From IMG/VR virus record IMGVR_UViG_3300037487_000323, positions 1,387 through 65,386 of that record: 64,000 nucleotides of DNA. One strand, given 5' to 3'. Positions 1-8,108 of this stretch are shown here, piece by piece. Position 1 is the stretch's first letter, and each line of letters opens with the position of its first letter. The position numbers and the translations under genes are program-made. This stretch comes from a virus. Its lineage: Duplodnaviria; Caudoviricetes. The notes beneath the pieces are model-generated. The model made no database searches. It saw only the letters and a program-made list of their open reading frames with translations, and was not told the origin of the DNA.

Positions 1-393
1 ATTACGTTTAGCTTTCTCTACTTCTAGCTCCGCAGAAGACTGATACGTGTTAATCAGTTCTTTTTCCCCAGACTCAAGTAAGCTTTTTAAATGCTTGTTT
101 TCATCTAGTAACTTCTGCGCTATAGATAGTGCTTCGTCTTGTTCTCTATAGGCTTCTTCTTTAGACCTACGTTCATCGTGCCAAGCTTTCTTATACTGTT
201 TAAACTTAGTCTGCACCTTGCCAGAATAATCATCTGACTCGTCTGCATCTTCTAGTTCTTCAACTACGGTTTTTGGTAGCGGCGTTTTACCACGGTCTGC
301 CGCTGGTGCATCGTCTTCAATATCAATTTCAAACTCGTTATCAATATCTTCTGATACTTCATCTGGAAATTCAAAGTCTTTATCGTATGCCAT
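1..393 (-). CDS. probable capsid scaffolding protein (runs off the window edge)
   Basis: Not in ORF track. ATG at 393 with GGAG RBS, open to the edge: MAYDKDFEFPDEVSEDIDNEFEIDIEDD...WHDERRSKEEAYRE. Acidic N-terminus then coiled coil; lies downstream of portal and GroES. Confidence 0.6.
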   Translation of the reverse strand, partial: MAYDKDFEFPDEVSEDIDNEFEIDIEDDAPAADRGKTPLPKTVVEELEDADESDDYSGKVQTKFKQYKKAWHDERRSKEEAYREQDEALSIAQKLLDENKHLKSLLESGEKELINTYQSSAELEVEKAKRN

Positions 394-405
394 GTCTATT
401 CTCCA

Positions 406-822
406 TTATGCTCGTGAGATACCGCGCGGGTCTAAAACAATACCCTCAACAGAATCGTCATTAATCATGCGCATTTCTGTGCCATGAATCTTCATGCGTG
501 TACCTGCGTTAGGGCGTACTAATACAAAATCCCCAACCTTACACCAAGCCCCAGAAGGGTAACGCTCTTTGTCAGTATAACAATCAGGGCCCATAGCCAC
601 AACAAACAACACAGTAGCCAATAAGCCTTCATAGCGTAATGTCTCATCCGCTTTGATAATCCCACTTTCATACTCCTTATCTACTTCGGGCAGTGCACAT
701 AAAATGCGAAAGCCAGAAGGAATAGGCAACTGTGTTGCTTTCTCTTCATTAGTAGCTGTTAGGTCTATTGAGCCAACAACCGTAGGGTTCTTCGCATTAG
801 TGCCTATTAAGATTTTACTCAT
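406..822 (-). CDS. groES: co-chaperonin GroES/Cpn10-like protein
   Basis: Cpn10-type segments PSGFRIL, SGII, VVAMGP, CKVGDFVL, MRMINDDSVEGIV. Confidence 0.85.
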   Translation of the reverse strand: MSKILIGTNAKNPTVVGSIDLTATNEEKATQLPIPSGFRILCALPEVDKEYESGIIKADETLRYEGLLATVLFVVAMGPDCYTDKERYPSGAWCKVGDFVLVRPNAGTRMKIHGTEMRMINDDSVEGIVLDPRGISRA

Positions 823-1010
823 TAGTCTTCAAACTCCAGTTTCTTGGTTAGTGTTTCTATAGCCGTTCGTGCTTGGATTAACCCGTTGATTTGCCCACAC
901 GCATATTTGTATTGAGCGTAGTCTTCAGGTCGTCCAGCAGTTATTGCTTGTGTTAATAACGATACTCGGTCATCAATTTGTTTAAACAGAATCTCTGCTT
1001 CTTTATCCAT
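822..1010 (-). CDS. hypothetical phage protein
   Basis: 62-aa helical ORF coupled between portal and GroES. Confidence 0.7.
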   Translation of the reverse strand: MDKEAEILFKQIDDRVSLLTQAITAGRPEDYAQYKYACGQINGLIQARTAIETLTKKLEFED

Positions 1011-1016
1011 TACTTT

Positions 1017-3578
1017 TTACCGCCTTTGCTGTGCTTGTCTTTCGGCTTGCGCAGCTTGCATTGCTGCTAGCCCACGTTGATGGTCATGTTGTTGGCCTGT
1101 TTGGTGTTTTTGGTGTGTACGTTCACCTTCTTTAAGAGCGACATCTACACCTAGCTTTGCAGCTAACTCGTTTTGTTTTGCGGTTAGTTGTTTATCAACA
1201 TTTTGCATACTAGCTGCTACGTGTGCACCCACTGACTCTTGACTTGCGCCAATACGTTCACGGTCAACTTGTATCTTAAGCATTTCAATTTGAGCATCGG
1301 ATTGATCTTTAGCAGCTTTACGCTGTAAGTCTTGAGCCTTAATCTGAATCTCTTGTTGTTGCATTTGAATCAGAGGGTCTTGAGCCTTCTTTTGCGCGTC
1401 TTGTTGTGCCGCTTGCTGTTGACCTTGTTGCAATAACTTTTGTGATGCTTGAGCAGCCATTTTAGATATTTGTAATTCCATTTCTTCTGGAATAGTTATT
1501 TGATTATCTTCGTCATCGTCACCATAACTAGGGATATCTTGACCCATCATCTGCTCAATCTGTTTGCGATACTCGTAGCCAAGATGCTCATTAATATGTG
1601 CAGACATAGCCGCTTGTAATGCTTGTAGTGCTTGTGGGTTTTGGCCCATTGATTGCTGTAGTACTTGTAGTACTTCAGGTGATTGCATAGCAGACATATG
1701 TACCGTAATATGCGCTTGATGATCTTGATAAAGAAACGCTTTTACAGGCTTGCTCTTAAGAATGTTTTGATTTTCCGTAATAGGATCACGAGGTTTCATA
1801 TCATCATTCATCGGTACTAACTTTTGGTAATTAGGGATACCTAATACTTCAAGCATTTGTCTGTGTAACACAGGCATGTTGTATAGCTGTGGAGATTGTT
1901 GAGCTAGTGCCAGTGCCGCTTGGTACTGGACAACCCGCTGTGCCATTGTTGAGGCGTTGGGATCAGATACAGGAAGTACGTATACCAAATCATAGTCAGC
2001 TTGTTTAGCGTGGCGACCACCTTCAGTAGGTTCATAGGAGTATTCATCTGGTGTGTAGTCCCTAATAATATCCCTAAGCAGGATAAATTCTTGTTTCATA
2101 GAGTAGTGAACACGCGCTTGAACCGCACTCATTACTTTAAGAGTTCTTTCTAAAATAGCTAGTGTTGTACCTACAGGCGCATTAGCAGACATATCCGAAG
2201 CAGATAAATCAGCTGAACCTGCAAACTTACGACCTTCATCAACAATATTACCCAGCAAGACAAGTAGTGTTTGGCTTGGCTCTTTATACGGTAAACCATA
2301 GAAGTTATCTCTAATCACACCAGATGGTACGTCTACATCACGCCATTCGCCCGGAGCAATCGGTGTATCGTCACCCTTAACTCTTAATCCTCTAGTTTTA
2401 AAGCCCCCCGGAAGATTACTAAGAGTACCTGCATCAACAAGTTGACGCAAAATAGAAGTACTCGACTTGGCAAAACCACCAATAAGATGAATAAGACCAA
2501 GGCAATAAAAGCCAAAGCCCGGAACGTACCCATAGTGAACGAAGTGATTACGCTTTTTACATGATTCATCATCTGGATTCCAGTTTCTACGAATAGATAA
2601 GATGCTATTAGTGCCCTTCTCAATGGTCACTATATAAGGTAGGGCAATGTCTGTTTGCTCACCATCATGATCCTCATGCTCAAACCCTTCAAGGTTTATT
2701 TCAACATGCATCTCAAGTAGTTTAAAACGATCATCAGTAGACGCTCTAAAGCCTAACTTGTCAGCTATCTTCTTTTCTATGTCATCCATAGTGTTAGAAG
2801 GTTCGCCCAAATCAATATCTCTGTAGAACCCTTCGTACTGAAGTCTACGTATCTCATTATCGGTCTTACGCATTACGTGTGTTACACGTTCCGCACTTTG
2901 TAAGTCAGCCGCACCGTAAGGTACAACCATATCTTCTGCAGGTACGTACATAGATACTTGACGACCCAAGTAAGGATCGTAGTAAACTTTCTTAAAGGCA
3001 TTACCCGCCAAACCAAGGCCCCATAACATCCGCTCATGCTCAGGCCTATACTCAGTCATCACATCAGTAAGCTGGTAGTTCATGTCGTCTTGAACACGTT
3101 GTGCAGCTTCTTTCTTTTCTTGTGTTTCTTTACCAATGATCTGTGTTTTAACAGGGCCAGAAGCGGGGAATGTTGCAGTTATAGTCTCTGCTTGAAACTT
3201 AATAACAGCTTCAGTTAATAGTGGGTGATATACACCACACGCACCTTCCCAAGGCTCAGAGCGATCTTCCATATTAAGACCTAGTAACTCTAGCCCGTCA
3301 ACATAGGTTTGAACCCAATCTTTTCTGGCGCTTATATCAGACTCGAAATCATTAATAAGATCAGAAGCCAAAGACTCCAATACACTGTCTGAAATTTCCT
3401 CTGCAAGGTTAACATTAAATTTCTCCTCATCTACTTCTTTCTGTATTTTAAGTATTATGTCTTCGCCATGCTTTATGGTTACAGCTTCTGGGTCTTCTAT
3501 CTCAATTTCCAAAGGCTCTTCATTCTCACTTGCTGCTGCTATGCCTTGTGGGGCTGGGTTTAAACTTTTCTCTATCAT
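1017..3578 (-). CDS. portal protein
   Basis: 853 aa, next to TerL; podovirus-like portal features (AFKKVYYD, HYGYVPGFGFY) and a long Gln-rich C-terminal coiled coil. Confidence 0.85.
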   Translation of the reverse strand: MIEKSLNPAPQGIAAASENEEPLEIEIEDPEAVTIKHGEDIILKIQKEVDEEKFNVNLAEEISDSVLESLASDLINDFESDISARKDWVQTYVDGLELLGLNMEDRSEPWEGACGVYHPLLTEAVIKFQAETITATFPASGPVKTQIIGKETQEKKEAAQRVQDDMNYQLTDVMTEYRPEHERMLWGLGLAGNAFKKVYYDPYLGRQVSMYVPAEDMVVPYGAADLQSAERVTHVMRKTDNEIRRLQYEGFYRDIDLGEPSNTMDDIEKKIADKLGFRASTDDRFKLLEMHVEINLEGFEHEDHDGEQTDIALPYIVTIEKGTNSILSIRRNWNPDDESCKKRNHFVHYGYVPGFGFYCLGLIHLIGGFAKSSTSILRQLVDAGTLSNLPGGFKTRGLRVKGDDTPIAPGEWRDVDVPSGVIRDNFYGLPYKEPSQTLLVLLGNIVDEGRKFAGSADLSASDMSANAPVGTTLAILERTLKVMSAVQARVHYSMKQEFILLRDIIRDYTPDEYSYEPTEGGRHAKQADYDLVYVLPVSDPNASTMAQRVVQYQAALALAQQSPQLYNMPVLHRQMLEVLGIPNYQKLVPMNDDMKPRDPITENQNILKSKPVKAFLYQDHQAHITVHMSAMQSPEVLQVLQQSMGQNPQALQALQAAMSAHINEHLGYEYRKQIEQMMGQDIPSYGDDDEDNQITIPEEMELQISKMAAQASQKLLQQGQQQAAQQDAQKKAQDPLIQMQQQEIQIKAQDLQRKAAKDQSDAQIEMLKIQVDRERIGASQESVGAHVAASMQNVDKQLTAKQNELAAKLGVDVALKEGERTHQKHQTGQQHDHQRGLAAMQAAQAERQAQQRR

Positions 3579-3587
3579 CTATGTTCC

Positions 3588-3851
3588 TTAACCGTATTTT
3601 GAATATTCATCGCCTAACGCTACATTATGTATAAAGTAAAAATTTATTACATGTTTGCTAGACCCTTTATTTAAAACCACCCCTACCTCTTTTACTTGGT
3701 TATACATTGCTATTGCTTGTTCATTTGTAGGGTGTTCTGCCATTGGTAAATTTTTTACACGCTCTATTTCTTTTTCAATGTAAACACGTAACTGTTTTAA
3801 CCGCCTACGTGTTCGAAAATAGAATGTTATTTTTTTAATTAACCATTTCAT
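3588..3851 (-). CDS. hypothetical protein
   Basis: 87-aa AT-rich ORF between terL and portal. Confidence 0.55.
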   Translation of the reverse strand: MKWLIKKITFYFRTRRRLKQLRVYIEKEIERVKNLPMAEHPTNEQAIAMYNQVKEVGVVLNKGSSKHVINFYFIHNVALGDEYSKYG

Positions 3852-3860
3852 TTCTTACCC

Positions 3861-3977
3861 CTAACCGTATAAATATTGCCAATACTCATCTAATGATATG
3901 AGCACCAAACCTAAAAATAAAAAACTAAATGCTGCTATAGCGAGTGTATCTATAACCTTATGTAAAACTTTTCTCAT
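3861..3977 (-). CDS. small single-pass membrane peptide (38 aa)
   Basis: MRKVLHKVIDTLAIAAFSFLFLGLVLISLDEYWQYLYG; ATG overlaps the terL stop (TAATG). Confidence 0.55.
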   Translation of the reverse strand: MRKVLHKVIDTLAIAAFSFLFLGLVLISLDEYWQYLYG

Positions 3978-5503
3978 TAATAATATGCCGACCTGCCGTA
4001 TGATCGTCCTCTAAATTCTTCTGGCTCATCAGGTTTATCTAGGTTAGTTGTTAGGAACCCACCCTTACGAAATCTTGCCATTGCCATTGCAACAGTATCT
4101 ACATAGTCATCGTGTTGACCTGCAGGGAATGCAGCTACTTCTTCTACTACCTCATCAGCCCACCGTGTGTTGGGCATCCATACTCTACCAGATGCAAATA
4201 TATCTGCAATAGAGTTAAGCCTTGATATTTTATCGTTGCCGCGTGTGGGCGTAAACTCCCCAACAGGAATACCCATAGCCCTAAGCTCATATATTAGTGG
4301 AGCACCAGATGCCTTCTTCTCTATAATAATGCTATCAGGTTCCCAGTACTTGTACTCATCTAGCACGATCTGTTTTAACTCAGGAAACTCGTAACGCCCA
4401 CGTTTAGCATCAAGCATTATAATGTTTGCTTGTGAGAGTCCAGTCTCATCAGGTTTGTAAAATACCCCCCACGTAGTACACGCTGAGTAATCCGCTCGCT
4501 GACTCTTCTCGAAGGCAGTATCCCAAGTCTGTAGTACAAAATCTGTTTGTGGCGGTGTCTCACTAGGCCATTTCTGCCACCACTCTCTCTTTATTATGGC
4601 TCCCTCTTCAGATGTGGGGTTCTGTTGATACTGAGCCTGCCACTTGGACACATCAATAGCATCTCGTGTAGCTTCTAACTCCTCAATACTCCAGAACTCA
4701 GGCCATAGTGGTTTTCCGTTGGGTAATACTGCAGGTAACTCAACAACCCTCCAGTTCTCATTCCCTCTTTGAGTCGCAGCTTCAACCACTTGCCCCGTTA
4801 AGTCTCTTTTTGACCATCGGGTTTGGACTATAATAATGGCTCCGCCCGGCTGTAGTCGCTGTCTAGGCCCTGATGTATACCACTCATAGACCTTATCGTA
4901 CACTTCTGGGTTACTTGCAGCCATAGCTGCTTCTTGTTCTGAGTGAGGGTCGTCAATAATGAGTATGTCTGCACCTTTTCCGGTTACAGCACCCCCTACC
5001 CCAATCGCAAAGTAATCACCCCCTGCACTTGTGTTCCATCTACCTGCAGCTTTAGAGTCAGTTTGTAAACCTACGCCCGGAAAAATCTCTTGGTATGCAG
5101 GAGAACCTACTAAGTTACGTACCTTACGCCCAAACCCCACTGCAAGTTCTGCAGTATGCGAGCACTGGATAATCTTCTTGTCTGGGTAACGCCCTAAAAA
5201 CCATGCAGGTAGCAGGTATGAAGCGAACTCACTCTTGGTGTGTCGAGGGCCAAGGTTTATAATGAGTCGCTTACATTCCCCACTAACTACTTTTTCAAAT
5301 TCCTGTGCAATACGTGCATGATGCCTACCATATATAAAGCCGGGCCATACTGATTGCACAAAAGCTAAAAACTTTACTTGCGATAGCTCTCGGTTCTTGC
5401 GTCTAGTCAACTCGTTTATAAGCTGCCCTAGCTGTTCTTTCTCTGCATGGGACAGTAAAGCTAATTTGCCTTCCATGCCCCTAGTATCTTTTGCATTCTT
5501 CAT
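3977..5503 (-). CDS. terL: terminase large subunit
   Basis: Walker A-like GPRHTKS, Walker B LIIDDP, QTRW coupling motif, nuclease WDTA...HDDYVD. Confidence 0.95.
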   Translation of the reverse strand: MKNAKDTRGMEGKLALLSHAEKEQLGQLINELTRRKNRELSQVKFLAFVQSVWPGFIYGRHHARIAQEFEKVVSGECKRLIINLGPRHTKSEFASYLLPAWFLGRYPDKKIIQCSHTAELAVGFGRKVRNLVGSPAYQEIFPGVGLQTDSKAAGRWNTSAGGDYFAIGVGGAVTGKGADILIIDDPHSEQEAAMAASNPEVYDKVYEWYTSGPRQRLQPGGAIIIVQTRWSKRDLTGQVVEAATQRGNENWRVVELPAVLPNGKPLWPEFWSIEELEATRDAIDVSKWQAQYQQNPTSEEGAIIKREWWQKWPSETPPQTDFVLQTWDTAFEKSQRADYSACTTWGVFYKPDETGLSQANIIMLDAKRGRYEFPELKQIVLDEYKYWEPDSIIIEKKASGAPLIYELRAMGIPVGEFTPTRGNDKISRLNSIADIFASGRVWMPNTRWADEVVEEVAAFPAGQHDDYVDTVAMAMARFRKGGFLTTNLDKPDEPEEFRGRSYGRSAYY

Positions 5504-6078
5504 GCTTCGTCAAACTCTATGTCACCACGGAGTTCTTCATCTGTTATCTCTTCGTATATTGCATCTTCAACAAGGTTGCTACTTAACTCACCTAGCGAAT
5601 AAGTTTTTAAAAGGGTACTGAGTTCTCCCTCTAGTTCTTTAGTGGGTTTGTCGACATTAGCTATCTCAATCCTAGTAGTGAACAACCCGATCTCTGAAAC
5701 CTTACCTAACATCTCAAGGGCTTTAATAGCTAACTTAGGGTCTTCGTTTTCCGCAAGCTCAAACATCTTGAAGATAAGATACTGCCGCATTTTATTAGTG
5801 GCGTTGGGAAGATTGTAGTCAAAACGTTTTAAGAGTTTTTCAAGGGCTCTCGCGGCACCTGATGTAGTAGGTGCAAGGGGGGCATCAGGCTGTTCTAAGA
5901 AAATACTTAGGGCTTCTGTCTTCTCTTTGTGGGTATATTCGGGAATGTCTGCACCGTTCTCTCGTAGAAAGTCAGGGTTAGAAAAGGCATTTAATGCACA
6001 AGCACGGGCTTGCGTAACTTCGTTGGGGGTTCTATCAAGGGAAAAGGGTAGTGTTTCTTCTTCTTCTTCTGGTTGCAT
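5500..6078 (-). CDS. probable terminase small subunit
   Basis: Overlaps the terL start; helical, with IKALEMLGKVSEIGLF motif. Confidence 0.6.
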   Translation of the reverse strand: MQPEEEEETLPFSLDRTPNEVTQARACALNAFSNPDFLRENGADIPEYTHKEKTEALSIFLEQPDAPLAPTTSGAARALEKLLKRFDYNLPNATNKMRQYLIFKMFELAENEDPKLAIKALEMLGKVSEIGLFTTRIEIANVDKPTKELEGELSTLLKTYSLGELSSNLVEDAIYEEITDEELRGDIEFDEA

Positions 6079-6197
6079 GTGCTTTGTTTGCTGTGGGAGG
6101 CAATAGGTTTGGAGCTTAGCACGTTTTTAATTTTTTACAAAAATAATTTTTTAGGCTGGGTAAATATTTTTGGGGTGGGGGTGTTCTGAGGTGGAAA

Positions 6198-6223
6198 TTG
6201 ATAAGCTGTGCACAGCTTATCAA
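6198..6223. repeat. perfect 26-bp palindrome
   Basis: TTGATAAGCTGTG|CACAGCTTATCAA in the divergent terS/early intergenic region. Confidence 0.9.
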
Positions 6224-6380
6224 AAAAAGATTTGGGTGTCAAATATTATTTTATTTCCGTAGTGTTTTTGTGGGTATTAGGAGGTGTTTTGAAAAAATAT
6301 AGGATTGTTTGAGCGAACTACTATGTAAGAGAAAGGGACTCCTTGTTTGAAAAAGGGGGTGTATGGGGTCAAATATCCGC

Positions 6381-6393
6381 TAACTCACTGATT
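6381..6393 (-). promoter_or_regulatory. IHF-like binding site
   Basis: Minus strand AATCAGTGAGTTA matches WATCARNNNNTTR. Confidence 0.45.
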
Positions 6394-6461
6394 TATATCG
6401 CTTTTTCACCTACAACGCGCGCGTCCGCTTCATTAAATACACCGATTCACTCCGACAATAC

Positions 6462-6490
6462 TTGACAAGCTCCGGCAAGATGTGTAAAAT
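6462..6490 (+). promoter_or_regulatory. sigma70 early promoter P1
   Basis: TTGACA-N17-TAAAAT with TG extended -10. Confidence 0.85.
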
Positions 6491-6528
6491 GTATACCAGT
6501 TGATTGGCAACCAGCTGAATAAAACAAC

Positions 6529-6574
6529 GTAGGACACCGTCCTACACCACTAATTAAATAAATAAATAGGAATA
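6529..6574 (+). repeat. palindrome GTAGGAC-ACC-GTCCTAC plus leader/RBS (copy 1)
   Basis: 46 bp identical to 9686-9731. Confidence 0.9.
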
Positions 6575-6578
6575 CAAC

Positions 6579-7325
6579 ATGAAATCAACTAACATCGAAT
6601 CAACAACCGTAAAAGCTATCGCTTTGTTAAATGTTGCGCTTACTACGCTTGCAAGAATCAACAATAACAACGACGCAGAAACACTCAGAAGAGAATGTAT
6701 TGCTTTTCGCAATACTTTAGATATAACACCGTGCAAACTGGGTAACTACACAATGCCTAAAGGCTATCAAGATTTCATTGATAGTCAAACAACGGGAGCG
6801 ACTTCTGATATCAGAAGTCGTAGGCAAGCAACAACTAATTCAATAATAGCATGTTTTGCACTTGACAAAAAAGGTTCAAGAACAGCTGCTTATTTAAAAG
6901 AAGCTTTAAAGGGCAAAACAGCCCTTGAAGCAATTAGCCCGCTCGAGTGGGCGGTGCTTAAGACAAAAGTAAACTTAGCAGAAAAGAAAGCTAAAGAAGC
7001 GCGTGACACAATAAAAGCTAAAGAAGCACAAGCTAAACTTGACGCTTTAACACCAGCAGCAGCAGCAGCAGCAGCACCAGCAGCACCAGCAGCAGCACCA
7101 GCACCAGCACCAGCAGCACCAGCAGCACCAGCACCAGCACCAGCAGCACCAGCACCAGCAGCACCAGCACCAGCAGCAAATAAAATAAGTTTTAAGGCCC
7201 GGTTTACTCCCGAAATTATGGCAGAAGCAAAAACAGCTATTATTACCGTAGTCGATACTTATGGTATTCCCACGGCTGTGGCTATTGCTAGAATGATATT
7301 GGCTCAATACGAATCAGCTGAATAA
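6579..7325 (+). CDS. first early protein with Ala/Pro linker
   Basis: 248 aa, AGGA RBS, downstream of P1, followed by a terminator. Confidence 0.85.
   Translation: MKSTNIESTTVKAIALLNVALTTLARINNNNDAETLRRECIAFRNTLDITPCKLGNYTMPKGYQDFIDSQTTGATSDIRSRRQATTNSIIACFALDKKGSRTAAYLKEALKGKTALEAISPLEWAVLKTKVNLAEKKAKEARDTIKAKEAQAKLDALTPAAAAAAAPAAPAAAPAPAPAAPAAPAPAPAAPAPAAPAPAANKISFKARFTPEIMAEAKTAIITVVDTYGIPTAVAIARMILAQYESAE
7053..7178 (+). repeat. GCA/CCA codon microsatellite (42 Ala/Pro codons)
   Basis: Only GCA and CCA codons over 126 nt. Confidence 0.9.
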
Positions 7326-7331
7326 AACCCC

Positions 7332-7348
7332 GTAGGACAACGTCCTAC
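7332..7348. repeat. palindrome GTAGGAC-AAC-GTCCTAC (copy 2)
   Basis: Inside a 36-bp repeat (7315-7350) that is 33/36 identical to 6512-6547. Confidence 0.9.
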
Positions 7349-7390
7349 ACTACCAACTAATAGCCGTGAATAGGCTATAATAAACCTACT

Positions 7391-7418
7391 AAGCCCCGTT
7401 AATTCGGGGCTTTTTTTT
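7391..7418 (+). terminator. intrinsic terminator
   Basis: AAGCCCCG-TTAATT-CGGGGCTT followed by a T tract. Confidence 0.85.
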
Positions 7419-7447
7419 GCCTAAAATTCCTTATACCACGCCTTGCG

Positions 7448-7640
7448 TTATGACTGCTCCCTTTGTGACGGTGAGCATGGCTTTTCTAGCGAGGTAGCAT
7501 GCTCTTTATAAGGCGTTTTAAGGCGAGTTAATACATTGGGCAGGGTTTGAAATTATCGGGGCTTAAAGGGCATGCTAGTTAAAATCACCCTAACATAAAA
7601 AATTCGCTTATGACTGCTCCCTTTGTGACGGTGAGCATGG
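7448..7640 (+). repeat. two identical 33-bp direct repeats (7448-7480, 7608-7640)
   Basis: TTATGACTGCTCCCTTTGTGACGGTGAGCATGG twice, 160 bp apart. Confidence 0.9.
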
Positions 7641-7672
7641 ATGCAGGGCGGAGTCGGTGTTAGATATCCTGT

Positions 7673-8014
7673 ATCTGCCAACAATTTACGGCATCAAGTT
7701 GCATCTAAATAGACTTTGGAGCAACGGGAAGGCACGGACGGTAAGGGATAAAAAAAATAGGTCTTATTATTATTATTATTATAAATATATATATATAAAG
7801 GAAAAAGATTTTCATTTTTAGTCGAAAATAACGTCTTTTATCAGCGGCTTTTGTCTTTTTTAGTTTTTTGTCTTTCTTTCTTCGCTCATTTCCCCCAAAC
7901 ATTTATAACTGCATTTAATTACCCACCTAATACCTACACACTGCGTCTTTAGTGACCTCCCCTTGCTCCAAAGTCTTCGGAGGTATATTTTCCAACCCGT
8001 AATTGTTGACAGAT
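7673..8014. other. candidate replication origin: nested inverted repeats around an AT-rich core
   Basis: 7711-7724 and 7963-7976 form a perfect 14-bp IR; 7673-7691 and 7997-8014 a near-perfect IR; (ATT)n and (AT)n core at about 7765-7800. Confidence 0.5.
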
Positions 8015-8108
8015 TTGCCTATTTAGCCCCAAAAAGGTTATAATATGCCCTCAAAACGCAATGAGATTTTCCACTCACACAGAAGTCCCAAAAGACACCT
8101 AAATAGGT

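Noticed and set aside
7047-7307. Cys/Trp-rich minus-strand ORF
   Set aside because: It is the antisense shadow of the GCA/CCA Ala-Pro tract.
7705-7902. 65-aa minus-strand ORF
   Set aside because: Low-complexity translation of AT-rich tracts in the origin-like block; no convincing RBS.
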